Below, one piece after another: positions 50,930-64,000 of a stretch of 64,000 nucleotides of DNA. The DNA comes from Camelus ferus (taxonomy: Eukaryota), in assembly GCF_009834535.1 (NCBI RefSeq), contig NC_045725.1, positions 1,302,001 to 1,366,000 on the forward strand. Reading direction: 5' to 3'. The translations under genes were made by a program, and so were the position numbers. The stretch's first letter is position 1. Every line of letters begins with the position of its first letter. The notes beneath the pieces were generated by a model. The model saw only the letters and a list, made by a program, of their open reading frames with translations, was not told the DNA's origin and did not search any database.

Positions 50930-51680
50930 AACACAGCCACGTATGCAAAGACGCCCAACAACCTTAGTCATAAGGAGAATGCAAATAAAACCACCAGATC
51001 ACCTCACACCCACTGCAACGGCTGGAATGAAAAGACAGAAGGTAACAAGCGTGGGCAAGGGTGTGGCAGAGTTGGGTCCTCACACTGGTGGGAACTTAAA
51101 ATGGTGCAGCCAGTGTGCCTATAAAAAGTTAAACATGAAGTCACCATGTCACCCCAGCTCCACCTCTGGACGTGTACCAAGGGGCATGACAGCATGTGTC
51201 CACACAGAAGCATGCATGCAAGTGTTCACAGCAGCACCGTCAACAATAGTCAAAAGGCGGCCCAGATCTCCATCAGCAGACAAATGGGTCCACAAAGAGT
51301 GGTCCCTCCATACAACAGAACAGCATTCAGGCACAAGGAGGAATGAAGCCCCGACGCACACACAACACAGATGCACCTCAGGAACACGGTGCTCAGGGAG
51401 AGAAGCGGGTCCCAGGGGATCGAAATCCACTCACCTGACGGGTCCAGGTGGGCAAATCCCCAAAGACAGGAAGTGGAGGAGGGAAGGGGGGACCGTGCCG
51501 AACTTTAGGGGTTTCCTCTTGGGGGGCAGAGATATCCAGATCTATTTCAGATATTTAATCAGATTGTGGTGACGGTTGCACAACCCTTCAAATATACTAA
51601 AAATCATTGAATTGTACACATTAAATGGGTGGATTGTACCTCATATATGTGAATTATATCTCACTAGAGGTGTTAAAACA
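50930..51680 (+). mobile_element. Old LINE-1 3' region (L1MB-like)
   Basis: Translation LVIRRMQIKPPDHLTP matches the L1 ORF2 C-terminal region, followed by typical 3' UTR motifs. Confidence 0.75.
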
Positions 51681-51689
51681 GTAACTTAA

Positions 51690-52615
51690 AAACTGAAGTG
51701 TAGTTGATTTACAGTATTGTGTTAGTTTCAGGTGTACAGCAAAGTGATTCAGTTACACATGTATTTTTTAGATTATTTTCAATTATAGGTTATTACAAGA
51801 TATTGAACACAGTTCCCTGTGTTATGAAGTAAATACTTGTTGCTCACTAGTTTATATGTAGTAATGTGTATCTGTTAATCCCGAAATCCTAATTTATCCC
51901 TCCCCTTTCCCCGCCTTTTCCTTTGGTGAACAAAAATTTTGTTTTCCATGTGTGTGTCTGTTTTCTGTATGGATTCATTCATATTATACTTTAGATACCA
52001 CATATCAGTGATGTATATTTGTCTTTCTCTGTCTGACTTACTTCACTTAGCATGATGATCTTCACTTAGTATGATGATCTCCAGGTCCATCCACGCTGCT
52101 GCAGATGGCAACATTTCATTCTTTTTCATGACCTGGTAGCATTCCATGGTGTGTATAAACACCCACATTTTTATCCAGCCATCTGTTGGTGGATGCAGGT
52201 TGCTTCCATGTCGTGGCTATTGAGTAGTGCTGCTGCGAACACTGGGGTGCTTGTATCTGTTTGAATTAGGGTTTTTGTCTNNNNNNNNNNNNNNNNNNNN
52301 NNNNNNNNNNNNNNNNNNNNNNNNNNNNNNNNNNNNNNNNNNNNNNNNNNNNNNNNNNNNNNNNNNNNNNNNNNNNNNNNNNNNNNNNNNNNNNNNNNNN
52401 NNNNNNNNNNNNNNNNNNNNNNNGAGGGTTCCCTTTTCCCCACACCCTTTCCAGCATTTGTTATTTGCAGACTTTTTGATGATGGCCATTCTGACCACTG
52501 TGAGGTGATAACCCATTGTGGTTTTGATTTGCATTTCTCTAATAATTAGCCATAATGAGCATCTTTTTATGTGTCCGTTGGCCATCTGTATGCCTTCTTC
52601 AGAGAAATACAATAA
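51690..52615 (-). mobile_element. Younger LINE-1 3' end (antisense), contains an N-run
   Basis: Minus-strand translation [17 protein letters not shown]...[41 protein letters not shown] is the ORF2 C-terminal Cys-rich region. Confidence 0.9.
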
Positions 52616-54094
52616 CTTTTAAAAAGCATGGCTATTTGTGTGCAAGAAGCTAAAAGAGCACCTTCCTCTTTTTCTCCCAGGAGAGTCTGAGGATGCAGGG
52701 AGCGCAGTGTGAGCAGCCCCTGCAGTGGCTGGGGGGGGGGGGGGTCTTCCGTCTGGCTAGTTAGGGAAAGAGGGGGCTGGGGAGGGTCACTGGCCCCTTT
52801 GAGGAATCCCATCAGATAGCTTCTGACTTCTCTTTGAAGGAGGTGCCAGGTGCCAAGTGCCAAGGAGGAGGAGGAGGGGGTGGGCCAGGCAGGAGGCCCC
52901 CAGGAAAGGCCACTCTCACAGCAGGGTGGGGCAGTCTCTGTGTTCTCTGTCTCCCAAGTTGCATCCAAAGCGGCCAGTGCCCCCGGGGGTGGGCCCGCAC
53001 CCAGGAGGTGGCCCCTGAGGACACAGCGGGAAAGCCTCCTTGGAGAGAGGGGCGATGGCCGAACAGGGCCTAGCCAAGCCCTGGAGGGTTCCTGGGGAAT
53101 GTTCTAGTCTTTGGGGGTGGCGGGTGCAGGGCACCGGAGCCCCTCACATTCCGCAGGCTGGAAGCAGCCTGTTCTGGAACCTCTGCCCTCACCCTCCTCT
53201 GCGGCCCGCCGATCTGAGGGTTTCACCAAGTCGCGGCAGGACCCACCTCCACCTGCCGTGCTTAGGGCGCGCCCCTGTGGAACCAAACAGCTTTCCGGAC
53301 ACTGTGCAGAGCTGTGACTGAGGTAGGGGCCTGCAGAGCCAGAGCTAACGGCGGGCCTGGGCCCCGGGCGCAGCTTCCTCCACGCTGCACAGACCGACCC
53401 CACACCCGTCCATCTGCCTGGTGTTTAATGGCCCGCAGGGAGCTGGGCCAGCCAGGGCCTGGAAGGAGACACGCTGGAGGGGGCCACCCGCCTGTCTCTC
53501 TGCTCCTCCCAGGCCACTGGGCTGTCTCTCACTGGCCTGGGTTCCTCTCTTCTCCAAAGGGCCTGTCTGTGAGGCTGCCCACTGGGCCTGAGGTTGTCTT
53601 CCAAGACAAGCTTCCAGAAAAGCCTGACCAGGGGGATTAGCAAATGATGTGTGCAAACAAAGGGCAGGCCTCAGCCCAGAAAGCGGTGGGGGTCTGAGTG
53701 GCTGGTCAGGGTCCCCGGGGTGGATCTGGTGGGCATGGCCCAGGACCAGCCTTCTGGATCAGAGCCCCAGGAGCTCCCGTCAGATTCTGAGGCAAGCAGG
53801 CTCTCTGAGGAGAGCGGGGACCAGGACAGTCCTCATGGCGAGCTGGGAACGTAGGGAAAGCAGAGGCATCGCAAGGGGTGGGGGGCTCATGGGATCACCA
53901 GGAGAGAGAAATGGAAGCTTCCAGCAGTGGAGCTGTGGGGGTGGGGCAAAGTGCCTGATGGCCTTGGTGACCCTGGTTGGCCTGGAAAAGAGGCAGAGTC
54001 ACCCAGGAGTAGTGGTCAAGTCTGGAGGTTAAAGCAGAGTGGTTTTCAAGCTACAGCCTCTGAGTCACATACAGGGGCTGGGGGTGGGGAGGTT

Positions 54095-54330
54095 GAGAGA
54101 CAAGGAGTTAGCCTTTAATGAGAACAGAGTTTCAGTTTGGGAAGATGAAATGTTCTGGAGATGGTGGCGATGGTCACACAGCAGTGTGTATGTGCTTAAT
54201 GCCCCTGAACGCTGCACTTAAAATGGTTAAAATTACACCTGAAACTAACACAATACTGTAAATCAACTATGCTTCAATTAAAAAATGGTTAAAATGATAA
54301 ATTTCGTGTTACATATATTTTATCACTATA
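54095..54330 (+). mobile_element. LINE-1 3' end with a nested 48-nt younger L1 tail
   Basis: GAGTTTCAGTTTGGGAAGATGAAA motif. AAAATGGTTAAAAT is duplicated at 54220-54233 and 54282-54295. Confidence 0.75.
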
Positions 54331-56124
54331 TATATTTTTTATCACTATATATATATATATATATAGTACATTTTCCCAGCTTCAAACCCTAGGCTAAGAA
54401 TTCCAGGACCTAGGAAACTTGTGACTCTCTTTCCATAAGCTTTCATATTTTTAAATATATATTTTATCTTTCTCAATTGGAATCTCTCTGGTCTGATGGG
54501 AACCTACTCAGAAACTCTCTGATAACCCTGAGAACCTGGTCTCTACTGGAGAAACAGGATCTGTCATTCTACACCTAGCACCTGAGTGATTTTTCACCTA
54601 TACTGCCTAATTAGGGGTCAAATTCTTAGTTCTGCATCCATGGGAAATAAATTCATTAATATGGAAGCAAGAATCACTGAAGAGAAACTCATTTTGTTAA
54701 GAATATTAAATTTCAGGAACTAAGTTCAGGGGAAAAATTCCTCAAATGCAACTGACTGCAAATCTACAGGAGGAGAGTCTTGAAGTGTGCTGTGAGGGTG
54801 TAGAAATCAGATGGCGTTTCACTGGTGCAGATGTAGATCGGGGAAGACAGCAGAGTCTGGTAAGGAGTACATATTTATGAAATCAAACACACAGACCACA
54901 AAAGCAGCAGCTAAACACGAAACAAAACTTTCAATTAGTCTGAGGCTGGCAAGCAGGGGTGGGGGCTCTGCCCCATGCTGCCAGTCAAGAGTCAGATCCG
55001 TCCAGCCAGGAACTGGGCTACCTCCTGCTGGAGTTCTCCACTACCTTGTTTGCACCTGGCCAGCAGGTGAGAGTGAGCAAGAGGGGTGGCCAGAGCTCAG
55101 ACACATGGCTGCACCAATGCAAGAGGTGGGACTGGAGGCCAGCAGAGAGCCCAGCCTCCAGCAGTAAAGGCACAAGCTCAGAACACATGAAAATGGACGG
55201 ACATTCTCCACACTTGAGTCACCAGGCAGAGGCCAAAGCCAGGTCCACGAAGGCCTCTGGTGCCTGGGGCCACTCTTCCCAGCTGCCCAGCTTCACTGCC
55301 CTCTAACAATCTCCGCTGGGTGCTTTGTCCACAGTCCCTGGATTCCATTTCAGCTATGTTCAGAGTCAGAATGAATTCTCTAAGACAAGCAGACATGGGG
55401 GGCATGGACTCTCAGGTGACTCTCACCCAAGTGTCCTCATGCTGGCTCTGCACAAGCCATCAGCTTAGCGGGTCCAGTGACTTCAGTGAGAGTTTGCCTT
55501 TCTTGGTGTCATTTCCATATTCTCAGCTAGTTCCAAAAATAGCACCTGTAAGCTGGAAAGAAAGTTCACACCTGGTGCCCATCTGTCCCAGCTAGAGCCT
55601 TGGAGCACTGAATCCACAGGTGTCCAAGAAGAGGTGTGTGCTGGGCTCAGGGATGAAGGGGGGACACATTCGGACACCACACAACTCAAGCACAGTCCTT
55701 CATTTCTGGGGAGAACAAGCAATGCAGGAACTCACTTTTTCTTTTGGTAAAGTGGAGATGTATATTTTTTTCAATTGGAAAAGTCATATATACTCACTGT
55801 AAAAAATTTAAACCACAGACAAGTGTATAAAATACAGAGTCACATTAGAGACAACTATTAAGAATTTATATTTTATCTGTCTAGACTCATTTCCTATGTA
55901 CTTACTCAAATACATATGAATAAATCACTACATGGTCTTGCTGATGCTCTGCAACTTTTGCAGCACAGAAGCAGCTCCCTCGGGAGGGCAAAGGGCCAGC
56001 ATCACTACCTGGAACAGCTGTTCCTGTCACCCATGTGCTCACTGACCTCCATGGTCCTCTTCCTTGTGTTCCTACTGCACAGAACATCAAATACCCCAGG
56101 GACAGTGGCACTTGCAGAGGTTTA

Positions 56125-56760
56125 TTTCTGAATTTCATACACTCTGACAGTCTTTGACTTTCAATTGGTGTGTTTAGACCATTCACATTTAAAGTGATTA
56201 TTGATACAGTTGGATTAAAATTTACCAAGTTATAACTCTTTTCTATTCATTGCATTTATTCTTTGTTTCTTTTTCCTCTTGTTCTGCTTTCTTTGGTTTT
56301 AACTGTATACTTTATATGATTCCATTTTATCTCCTGTCTTTATTTGTGCTTAATAAAAACCTTTTTAGTGGTTGCCCTAGGGTTTATAATATACATTTTG
56401 AAATTATCTAAGTTCAGTTTCAAATAACATTTACGGCTTCATGTGTAGTGCTTGTACCTTATAAGGGAATATTCCCATTTCCTCCCTTACATCCCTTGTC
56501 ATTCATTTCATTTATTCATGTGCTATAATCACCCAGTACATTGTTACTTTATTGCTTTAAGTAAACAGTAGTCTTTTAGATTAAGAATAAGAAAAAAAAG
56601 ATTTACCTTCACTTATTCCTTCTCCTGGCCGCTTCTTTTCATTATGTAAATCCAAGTTTCTGCCCGATATAATTTTCCTTTTGCCTAAATAACTCCTTTG
56701 AACATTTCTTACGGGGTTGGTCTGCTGGCAATAAATTCCCTTGGTTTTGTTTTTTCCTGA
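56125..56760 (-). mobile_element. LINE-1 ORF1/ORF2 junction fragment
   Basis: Minus-strand translation NPTVSIITLNVNGLNTPIESQRLSE is the start of the L1 endonuclease. Confidence 0.85.
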
Positions 56761-56791
56761 GGAAGAGTTTCTCCATCACTTTAAGTATTCC

Positions 56792-57310
56792 ATATTAGTT
56801 TCTGGTGGCTGCTGTGACAAATTACCACAAGCTGGGTGGCAAAAAACTGCAGAAATCGTTCTCCCCAGAAATGAAAGACTGTGCCCCGTGCTTGGGTTGT
56901 GTGGCAGAAATTTATCCTCTCACAGTTCTGGAAGCCAGAAGTCTGAGATCAGTTTACTGGGGCTGAAATCAAGGTGGTGGCAGGACTGTGCTCCTTCCAG
57001 AGGCTCCTGGGAAAATTCATTCTGTGGTTTTCCAGCTTCTGGTGGCTGCCACCATTCCTTGCTGGTAGCTGCATTCCCTCCAACTTCAGGCGGCGTCTTC
57101 AATCTCTCTGCTCCATCTTTACGCAGCCTCTGTGTGTCTCAAGTCTCTTTCTGCCTTCCTCTTATAAAGATATGTGTGATGGCACTGATGTCTGGGGCTG
57201 TGTCAATCCAGGGCCCCCTCCTCATCTCCAGATCCTTAACTTAATCACTTGTGCAATTTTTTCCTTTTCACATAAGGTAGCATTCACAGGTTCTGGGGTT
57301 AGTAGATGAT
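56792..57310. mobile_element. MaLR (MLT1-like) LTR
   Basis: GGCTGCTGTGACAAATTACCACAA, TCTCACAGTTCTGGAAGCCAGAAGTCTGAGATCA and TTCACAGGTTCTGGGGTTAG motifs. Confidence 0.8.
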
Positions 57311-59666
57311 GGTTGGCTATTTTTGAGCCTAGCACAGCTTGGTTGGCTTTTTTCTTTTTTCTGTTTGGGGATGCAGGCAGCCAGGGAACATGCAGCATTG
57401 CAGATGAGCCATGTTTCCTTCTGCTTGACTGATGGTTCTGGACCAGCAGGTGCCCCTCTGATTCCAGACAGGTTTGAAAGGATTACAAGCCACTTCTGTG
57501 AGGTGAAGCCTTGGACCAAGAATGCAAGACTGCATGCCCTTGGCTGGACTCTGGAGGTGCTCGCTAGTGTGGGTCCTCCACCTAGCACACCTGATGGATC
57601 CAGAGTGGCATCTGGCCAGGGGCTGGCACCTGTTTGTCCACATCTGCCAGGACAAACAGGGCCAGATGCCGTGACCCCAGTGCTCTAGTGAGATGGGATG
57701 GAAGCCTGTATTCTTACTCTGTTGCTTACAGAAGAGAGAAAGTAGACCATTCTGGAGGCCCCAGAGCTTGGGGGACAATCTGGCTGAGGAGGAGCATCCA
57801 TGTTTCTTAGCCCAGCTTGGCCTGGATGTCCTTCTGTGTGTGTGTGTGTGTGTTTCATTTCCCTAGACATTGCTGGTGCTGTGTTCTCAGTCTTTCTGGT
57901 GGATACTTTGAATAGTGATGACTCAGAAATACACTGGCATCAGCGGCTGGAGAGTGAGAGATACTCTTTGTCTGATCAAGGGCCTGCCTTATCGCCAGGT
58001 TTGTTTGCGAGTTGCTCTTAGTGAGGTTGTAACTGTTCTTATGATTTCCCACGAAACTGTCCAGGTAGGAGGCTGGCTGATTAGTTATCTCCCCACCCCC
58101 ACCCTGGGGCCCTCCTCTCTCCTCTACCAGGCCTTCCCTTTTGGGGTGCTTTGGGTTTGCTGTGGTGGAGATGGAAGCCGGGAGGGGAGCTATTCTGTAG
58201 ACAGAATCTAGGGCCTGCAATTGGTTTTCTCTGTCTTGAGCCCCGCCCGCACAAGGTCCTGGGTCGGGGGCGGGGCGGGGGGAGGTCTTCTCACAGGGTC
58301 CTCCCTGCCCCCGCCCACCTGACCTGGGCTTCAGGTCCACCCCTCCCCCAGAACCGGTGTCCTGAGCACCTCCCTCTCCCTCCCTCGAGCCCGAGCCCCT
58401 GGGGGCTCACCTTGGTCAGGTGACAAACAGCAATTCCTATTTCTGTGTAAACGGGCACATATTGACGCACCTCACAGAAAGTGCGGTTGAGCTAAAGCTA
58501 TGAAACAGCAGATTAGAGTCCAATGTCCAGCACTTTCTTCAGTATCTCACGCACTTGGGGAGGCCAGTCCTGGCTGCTGCTGGCCTGGGCCGGAAGAGAC
58601 AGGTGGACCTTCAGAGGCTCCAGGCGGCAAGGTGGGCTTTCGTTTCCCCAGAGGAGAGCGCCCCCGGCCCCCAGCCTGGCCTGAACTCCCCGGCCCTCTG
58701 CATACTTCTGAGCGCCGCTGGTCAGGTATCCCCTGGGTCGAGGTAGGGAGCCCCACAGGCCCGGTCAGACAATGGACGGTGGAAAGACTCCTGGAAACAC
58801 CGGACGCCAGACCCCCAAGAGGGGCCGTCCCCGGGGCGGCGTCAGGACCCCATCCTCCGCTCTCGGGGGCGGCGCGCCGCGTCTACACGACCACTCGCCG
58901 CGGGACAGGTGGAGCCGCGGCCACGTGGGCGCCTGGCCGAGAAGGAGCGGCCCCGCCAGGCAGGTATTGCCTAACCCAGGCCGGTTGGGCCCGTGGGGCA
59001 GCGCGCACAGGGAGGGCGGAGCGGCCTCGCCGCGACCCTCGACCCCTTACCTCATCCCTGCGCCCGCCTCCACTTTCACCACTTGTCGGCGCTCTTTAGG
59101 ACCCAGCGGTGCCCGCCCGGCCGCCCGGCGTGGGAGGGGCCACGCATTGTGACGTCACGCCGAGGCGGGGCAGGCGCTCGGACGGACAGACAGACGGGGG
59201 ACGGACGGCGGGGAGCACTGCGCACGGGTGAGGCTGGGCGGGGTCGGCGGAGCGCGTGGATGCCGGCGCCGCGCTGGGTCCGCCGGGCTTGGGGTCGGGG
59301 TGCGGGCGGACGTTCCCCGACTGAGCGTCCACCTCGGTCCGGGCCCCCTGGGGCAGGGGGTTCCCCCATCCCCCCGGCCTGTGCGACCCCTCCCCCAAAA
59401 CCGAGCCCGCACCCCGGGACTTGGTGTTCACCCCGGGCCGGCCCCGCCCCCAACCCCGAGCGGAGGCCGGTGTGCGCGCCAAGGGCTCCCGGAGCCGTGC
59501 GTGTCCGGGGAGGGGTTGGCCCCCCAGCCGTGAGCCCCGCGGTGCGCCCGGGGCGCGTCCTGCCGAGCGCGGCCCCACTCGGCCTCCAGGAGGGTTCCGA
59601 GTCCTTCACCGCTTTCCCTCTCTTGCCAGACTCCTAAGGAGGAGGACTGCGCCGGGCAGCAGCGGC

Positions 59667-59702
59667 ATGTTGGGTGACAGCGCGCGTGCCGGGAGCCTGT
59701 GA
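59667..59702 (+). other. SLC66A2: Upstream ORF (MLGDSARAGSL*) in the SLC66A2 5' UTR
   Basis: GGCATGT...TGA inside the exon that starts at 59630 (acceptor CTCTTGCCAG|A). It ends 63 nt before the main ATG. Confidence 0.6.
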
Positions 59703-59969
<267 letters not shown>

Positions 59970-62679
59970 TAAGTTGGGGGCTTTCTTGCGGGGGTGCTCC
60001 CGGAGAGATGGCCTTTTCCTTTTCTGAGTGAGGCCAGCGGGGCGGAAGTGTCTGTACTTCCTAGGAAGGAGCTGGTGAACTGGGTGAGATTATTTCCCAG
60101 GGAAAATGGTGGGACTGGAGTGAAGAAGCTCACGTAATCTCAGATCTGCTTCTTCATTTCGTGGGGCTCATACGTTCATCGGAGACTTTCCCAGGGCCTT
60201 CTCTGCGGGGCTTTGTCCCAGGACGGGGTCCCTGCCCTCAGGAATTCACATGGGGGCTGGGCGGGAGAACGGAGTGATCAGATGGACGCCAGTGATTATC
60301 AGCATGGGAAGGACATCCCACTGGCCAGCGAGGCCCCTCGGGAGGGGACCCCTGAGCCCGACAGGAAGGCGAGCTCAGGGGTTGCTGTAAAGGGCTGTCC
60401 TTCCTGCCGTCTCTGTCGTGTGTGCTGTTTTCTTTTTAAGTAGGAAGTCAACTTTCTGGATAATACTTGAGACTATTTTTTCTTCCTCCTCCCAGCCCAA
60501 CTTCCGCTTATTACTATTTGCATTCTGGTAAGGAACTCGGAGGTAATTTTAACAATTGTTGAAGCCAGACATAATTGGAAGGGTGTATTTTAAGAGGAAA
60601 TGAGAAGAGGTCTCGTAGCCTCATTCTGAGGCCAGAAAAGTCTAGACCTTTCCTTCCTTTCAGACAGTCCCAGCATGACAGGACAGCCTGGGCAGGGGCG
60701 AGGACAAGGGCTCTGGGCAGCTGGTGTCCAGAGCACTGCTTCTGGCTCCTCCTTTTGATTTTTTGGTCACTATTTGAGTAATTGTGCTTTTTTGCTAACT
60801 GATTTTGTCAGCTTTACTGAGGTATGATTTACATTAAATAAAGCCACCCAATCTAAGTGTGCAGTTTGATGAATTTGTGTAGATGTCTCCACTGAGGTCG
60901 TCAGGGTGTGAGTCCTCTGAGTCCAGAAGTTCTCGACTCCTTCACATTCGGTCTGCTCAGTGCCAGGCAGCCCTTGATCACTTTCTCGGGGTTTTTGCCT
61001 GGTTTGGGGTTTTAGAAAGTGAGCTGGTGAGTCGACTGACTCCCCGCCCAGGAGAACTTGTCCTCTGAGCCCTGTCTCTGGGCTGGTCTACTTCTGAGGG
61101 AGGGGTCGGAGGGCACTTTTTTTTGTTTGGCACAAGTTGAAAAATAGCATACTGAAGATTTCTCCTTTCCCGGGCCACTTCCCTTTTCTCAGATGGCTGT
61201 AATTAAGCCTCAGGTTGAACAGAAGCAGGTCACAAACTATAATTGGTGTGCAACACCGCTGTTAACCCTGAGCATGCTAGGGTGTGGTGAGCACGCAGGT
61301 GAAGGGTGGGGGTTGCCCCAGGAGCTCCCAGCCCAGGCTCAGGGTATTAGGTTGGGAAGCACGTCTCCTTTAGGCTGTGGGAAGTTTTCTGTTGGAGGAG
61401 GATTGCCTGAGGTTGGATTACTTTATGGGAAAATAGCTCCTTTGAGAGATCTTTTCCCTCCAATATGCTTATCATTTAAAATTGCAAAAAGAAAATAGAA
61501 TATCTAATTTACATGTAAATATCTGATGAGAAATTAAACCAGTTTCTTGAGTGCCATCGCATCAGTGCTTCTGGGCTGAACTGGCACTTAAGGCGTTTGG
61601 ACCCAGAGTTCTCTCTCTACTGCAGGGCCTGAGACTTTGAGAAAGGGCCTTTGGTGGAATTCTAAACTGTGTCCACTGGCACGCCTGTGTCTGCATATCC
61701 GATTGCTCCTTTCCCGTGGAGTTGGTGTTCAGTGGCTACCGTGTGAAGACACAGGGCTTCAGCCAGGATTCCAGAAGCCTGTGGAATTTTGGGGATGAAG
61801 GGAGGGCTGGCGGAGGGTGCTGGCCTCTTCTCGAGGGTCTCTCTGACCTGGGATGCACTTTCCCCTCACTTCACACCTGGCAGGGCTTGCGTGGTAAAGC
61901 CCAGCAGAAATCAGGGCTCCGTCTATGACTTGTGACAAATGTGCACCTCTCTGCCCAGCTGGTCCTCAAATCCCACTGCTCTGAGGCTGATGCACTGCTC
62001 CCCTTTCTTCCTCTCTCTGGAGCTTCTGAAGCCCCTACTCCTGGGTCCCTCCAGGCTTCATAGATTAGCAGCCCACTTGATTTAATAGGTTTTTGAAGGT
62101 TTCCCATGAGACAAACACTGGGCCACACGCTGCAGGGTTAATACTTTAGCAGAAGTGCTGTATGGAACGTACCAGATGAATATACATGGGTTGTGGTGGG
62201 TGAGGGGGTGCTGTGGTGGGTTTCAGGTGGGATGGGATCTGGATCTGCACTAGAACAGTGCTGGAGTTGGAAGAAATGAAGAGTTTGTTTCCCAAGGCTG
62301 GCCAGCAATGCAGTCCTCAGGACCCCAGCCTGCCTGGGGAGCCCCGTGGAGAGTTGGGGTGTAAGGCACATAAGTGGCTCTGCAGGACTGCAGGAGGGGC
62401 TGATCAATCTGTGGAAATCCCAGGTTTTCTGAAACTTGTGAAACTAATGTCTTTGTTTCTTACAGTCCTTACCATCCTTTTGCAGAATCAGCATTCAGCA
62501 GATCATATAAATGCTGATGTGCAGGATTTGGCCTTTGTGGGGCCAGGAGGAGGGCTAAGCGATTTTGTTAAGGAGAAGCAGAGGGGGCCAGGGTGTGAGG
62601 ACAGTGCCACAGGGTATTCTGACCCAGAGCCTCATGCATTCACTGAGTTCCCGTCCCTGTATGATGAAAACAGCGGATC

Positions 62680-62811
62680 AGAGATATGGTAACTTTGTAC
62701 TAGAGATGTGGCAACACTGTATCAGAAGTACAGTGACATTGTATCTGAGATGTGGCGACATTGTACTGGAGACATAGTAAAGTTGTATCCAGGATATAGT
62801 GACACTGTGTC
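62680..62811. repeat. Degenerate 22-bp minisatellite, 6 copies
   Basis: Units start at 62680, 62702, 62724, 62746, 62768 and 62790. Consensus is approximately AGAGATRTRGTRACAYTGTAYY. Confidence 0.85.
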
Positions 62812-64000
62812 ACCAGGGAAGGGCCATCATTCACAAGGAAATGGATGCACAGCTTCTCTTCCATGTGAGCTTTGAAGAGGTGGAGAAGGTGGTCCCTGTA
62901 GAAACTTTGGTTCAGGCTTGGTGGAACACAGCACATTCTCTGTAGTGTGCATCTCCCTGGGAGCCAGACAGTGCGCTGCCACCAAGGGAGAATCTCTTAG
63001 ACTGGCCCTTCTGAGCCCGAGGCCCCATGTTGTCCAGGGGGCTGCTCCATCGTTTGCAGCAGAAGAGCTTTGCCAACCGTGTTCTCAGGGCAGGAAAGAA
63101 AGTGCTCTGTGACATCCATGCCAGTGCAGACTGTTAGCATTGAAGGAAGAAGCTGAACTAATATAAGTAAAAAATAGTATCTTTTTAAGTTAATTAGCTT
63201 TTAAAAATTACTAGTGACATTGAACTTTGTTTCCTATTTATCTTGTCACTTGTATATCTTTCGTGAAAAGTGCTTTTTGGAATATCTTGTTTAACCTGTC
63301 TTTACCCTAAAGGCAGTTAAACATTCACCTGTCCTCTCTCACTTCACTTTAAATGTCTTTTTTCCTGTAAATACTGAGTTCACCTAGATTTGACTTTTGG
63401 TGCACAGTATAAGGGAAGCACAAACCTTGATACTTTTTCCCATAGTTTTTCTGGTCACTCATTGTTTCTATTGAACATTTAAGATGCCAGAAGTGGCATT
63501 TGTTACACAATGGCCAAAACTGCGTGTCTTCAGCCTTGCAACTAACTGGTGTGAGCATGGTGTGGGGACCCGTAGAGTAATTTGTTATTGTCATGCCCAC
63601 CTGCTCCAGTCTCCCCAACCTGACATGGAACCTTCTCTGTCTCCTCTGACTTTTACCTGTGGATAAGTCAGCCCCTAAGGTCAGCTAGGTACCAGTGGGG
63701 ACCAGTTTCTAGAATTGGCTAGAAATGTCCTCAGACAGCCATAGGGGTTTTAGCTGCACGTTATAGAAGAGATGAAGCTGGGAGGTGGTGGGTCACAGCG
63801 CAGCCTGTGGCAGAGCACGTGCGTGGCCCCAGTGGCCAACTCTCTCTCAGTGACCCTCTCCTTGGAGGGACAGGTGTGAGAGAGAGGCAAGCAGGGAGGG
63901 GAGCTGGGTGGTTGTTTCCATGTCTCCTGTCCAGGAGAAGCTGGGAGATCAGACTGCCATCCAGGGCCTCCCGACTTTGACCTTTCGGCCACCAGCTCAG

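Noticed and set aside
59149-59158. CLEAR (TFEB) element at the SLC66A2 promoter
   Set aside because: The sequence is GTGACGTCAC (a CRE), not the CLEAR consensus GTCACGTGAC.
62680-62811. CRISPR-like array
   Set aside because: The DNA is mammalian, the units are directly adjacent with no unique spacers, and there are no cas genes.

Overview
Mammalian genomic DNA, very probably a camelid (it carries several Vic-1-type tRNA-derived SINEs). Gene order matches human 18q23. I reconstructed four known genes exon by exon with phase-consistent splice sites: RBFA (minus, 7 coding exons, 331 aa), TXNL4A/DIM1 (plus, 3 coding exons, 142 aa), HSBP1L1 (minus, 3 clear coding exons, an AT-AC U12-type intron and an unresolved last exon) and the 5' end of SLC66A2/PQLC1 (plus, continues beyond the window). 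The main surprise lies between RBFA and TXNL4A, where I recall no protein-coding gene in human. It is an intact five-coding-exon gene (minus, 18802-26893) for a 328-aa D-isomer-specific 2-hydroxyacid dehydrogenase related to, but distinct from, GRHPR. The catalytic Arg/Glu/His are intact, and it has an NADP-type cofactor loop. Two candidate promoters could drive it: a divergent exon off the TXNL4A CpG island, and a GC-box/DR1 promoter beside an ERV solo LTR. Other items include a duplicated ~36-bp TXNL4A promoter element, a 32-bp VNTR in a probable TXNL4A 5'UTR intron, a uORF in SLC66A2, a short retroposed transcript end and many L1/LTR/DNA-transposon remnants. Repeat family names and cross-species comparisons are from memory and were not checked against databases.
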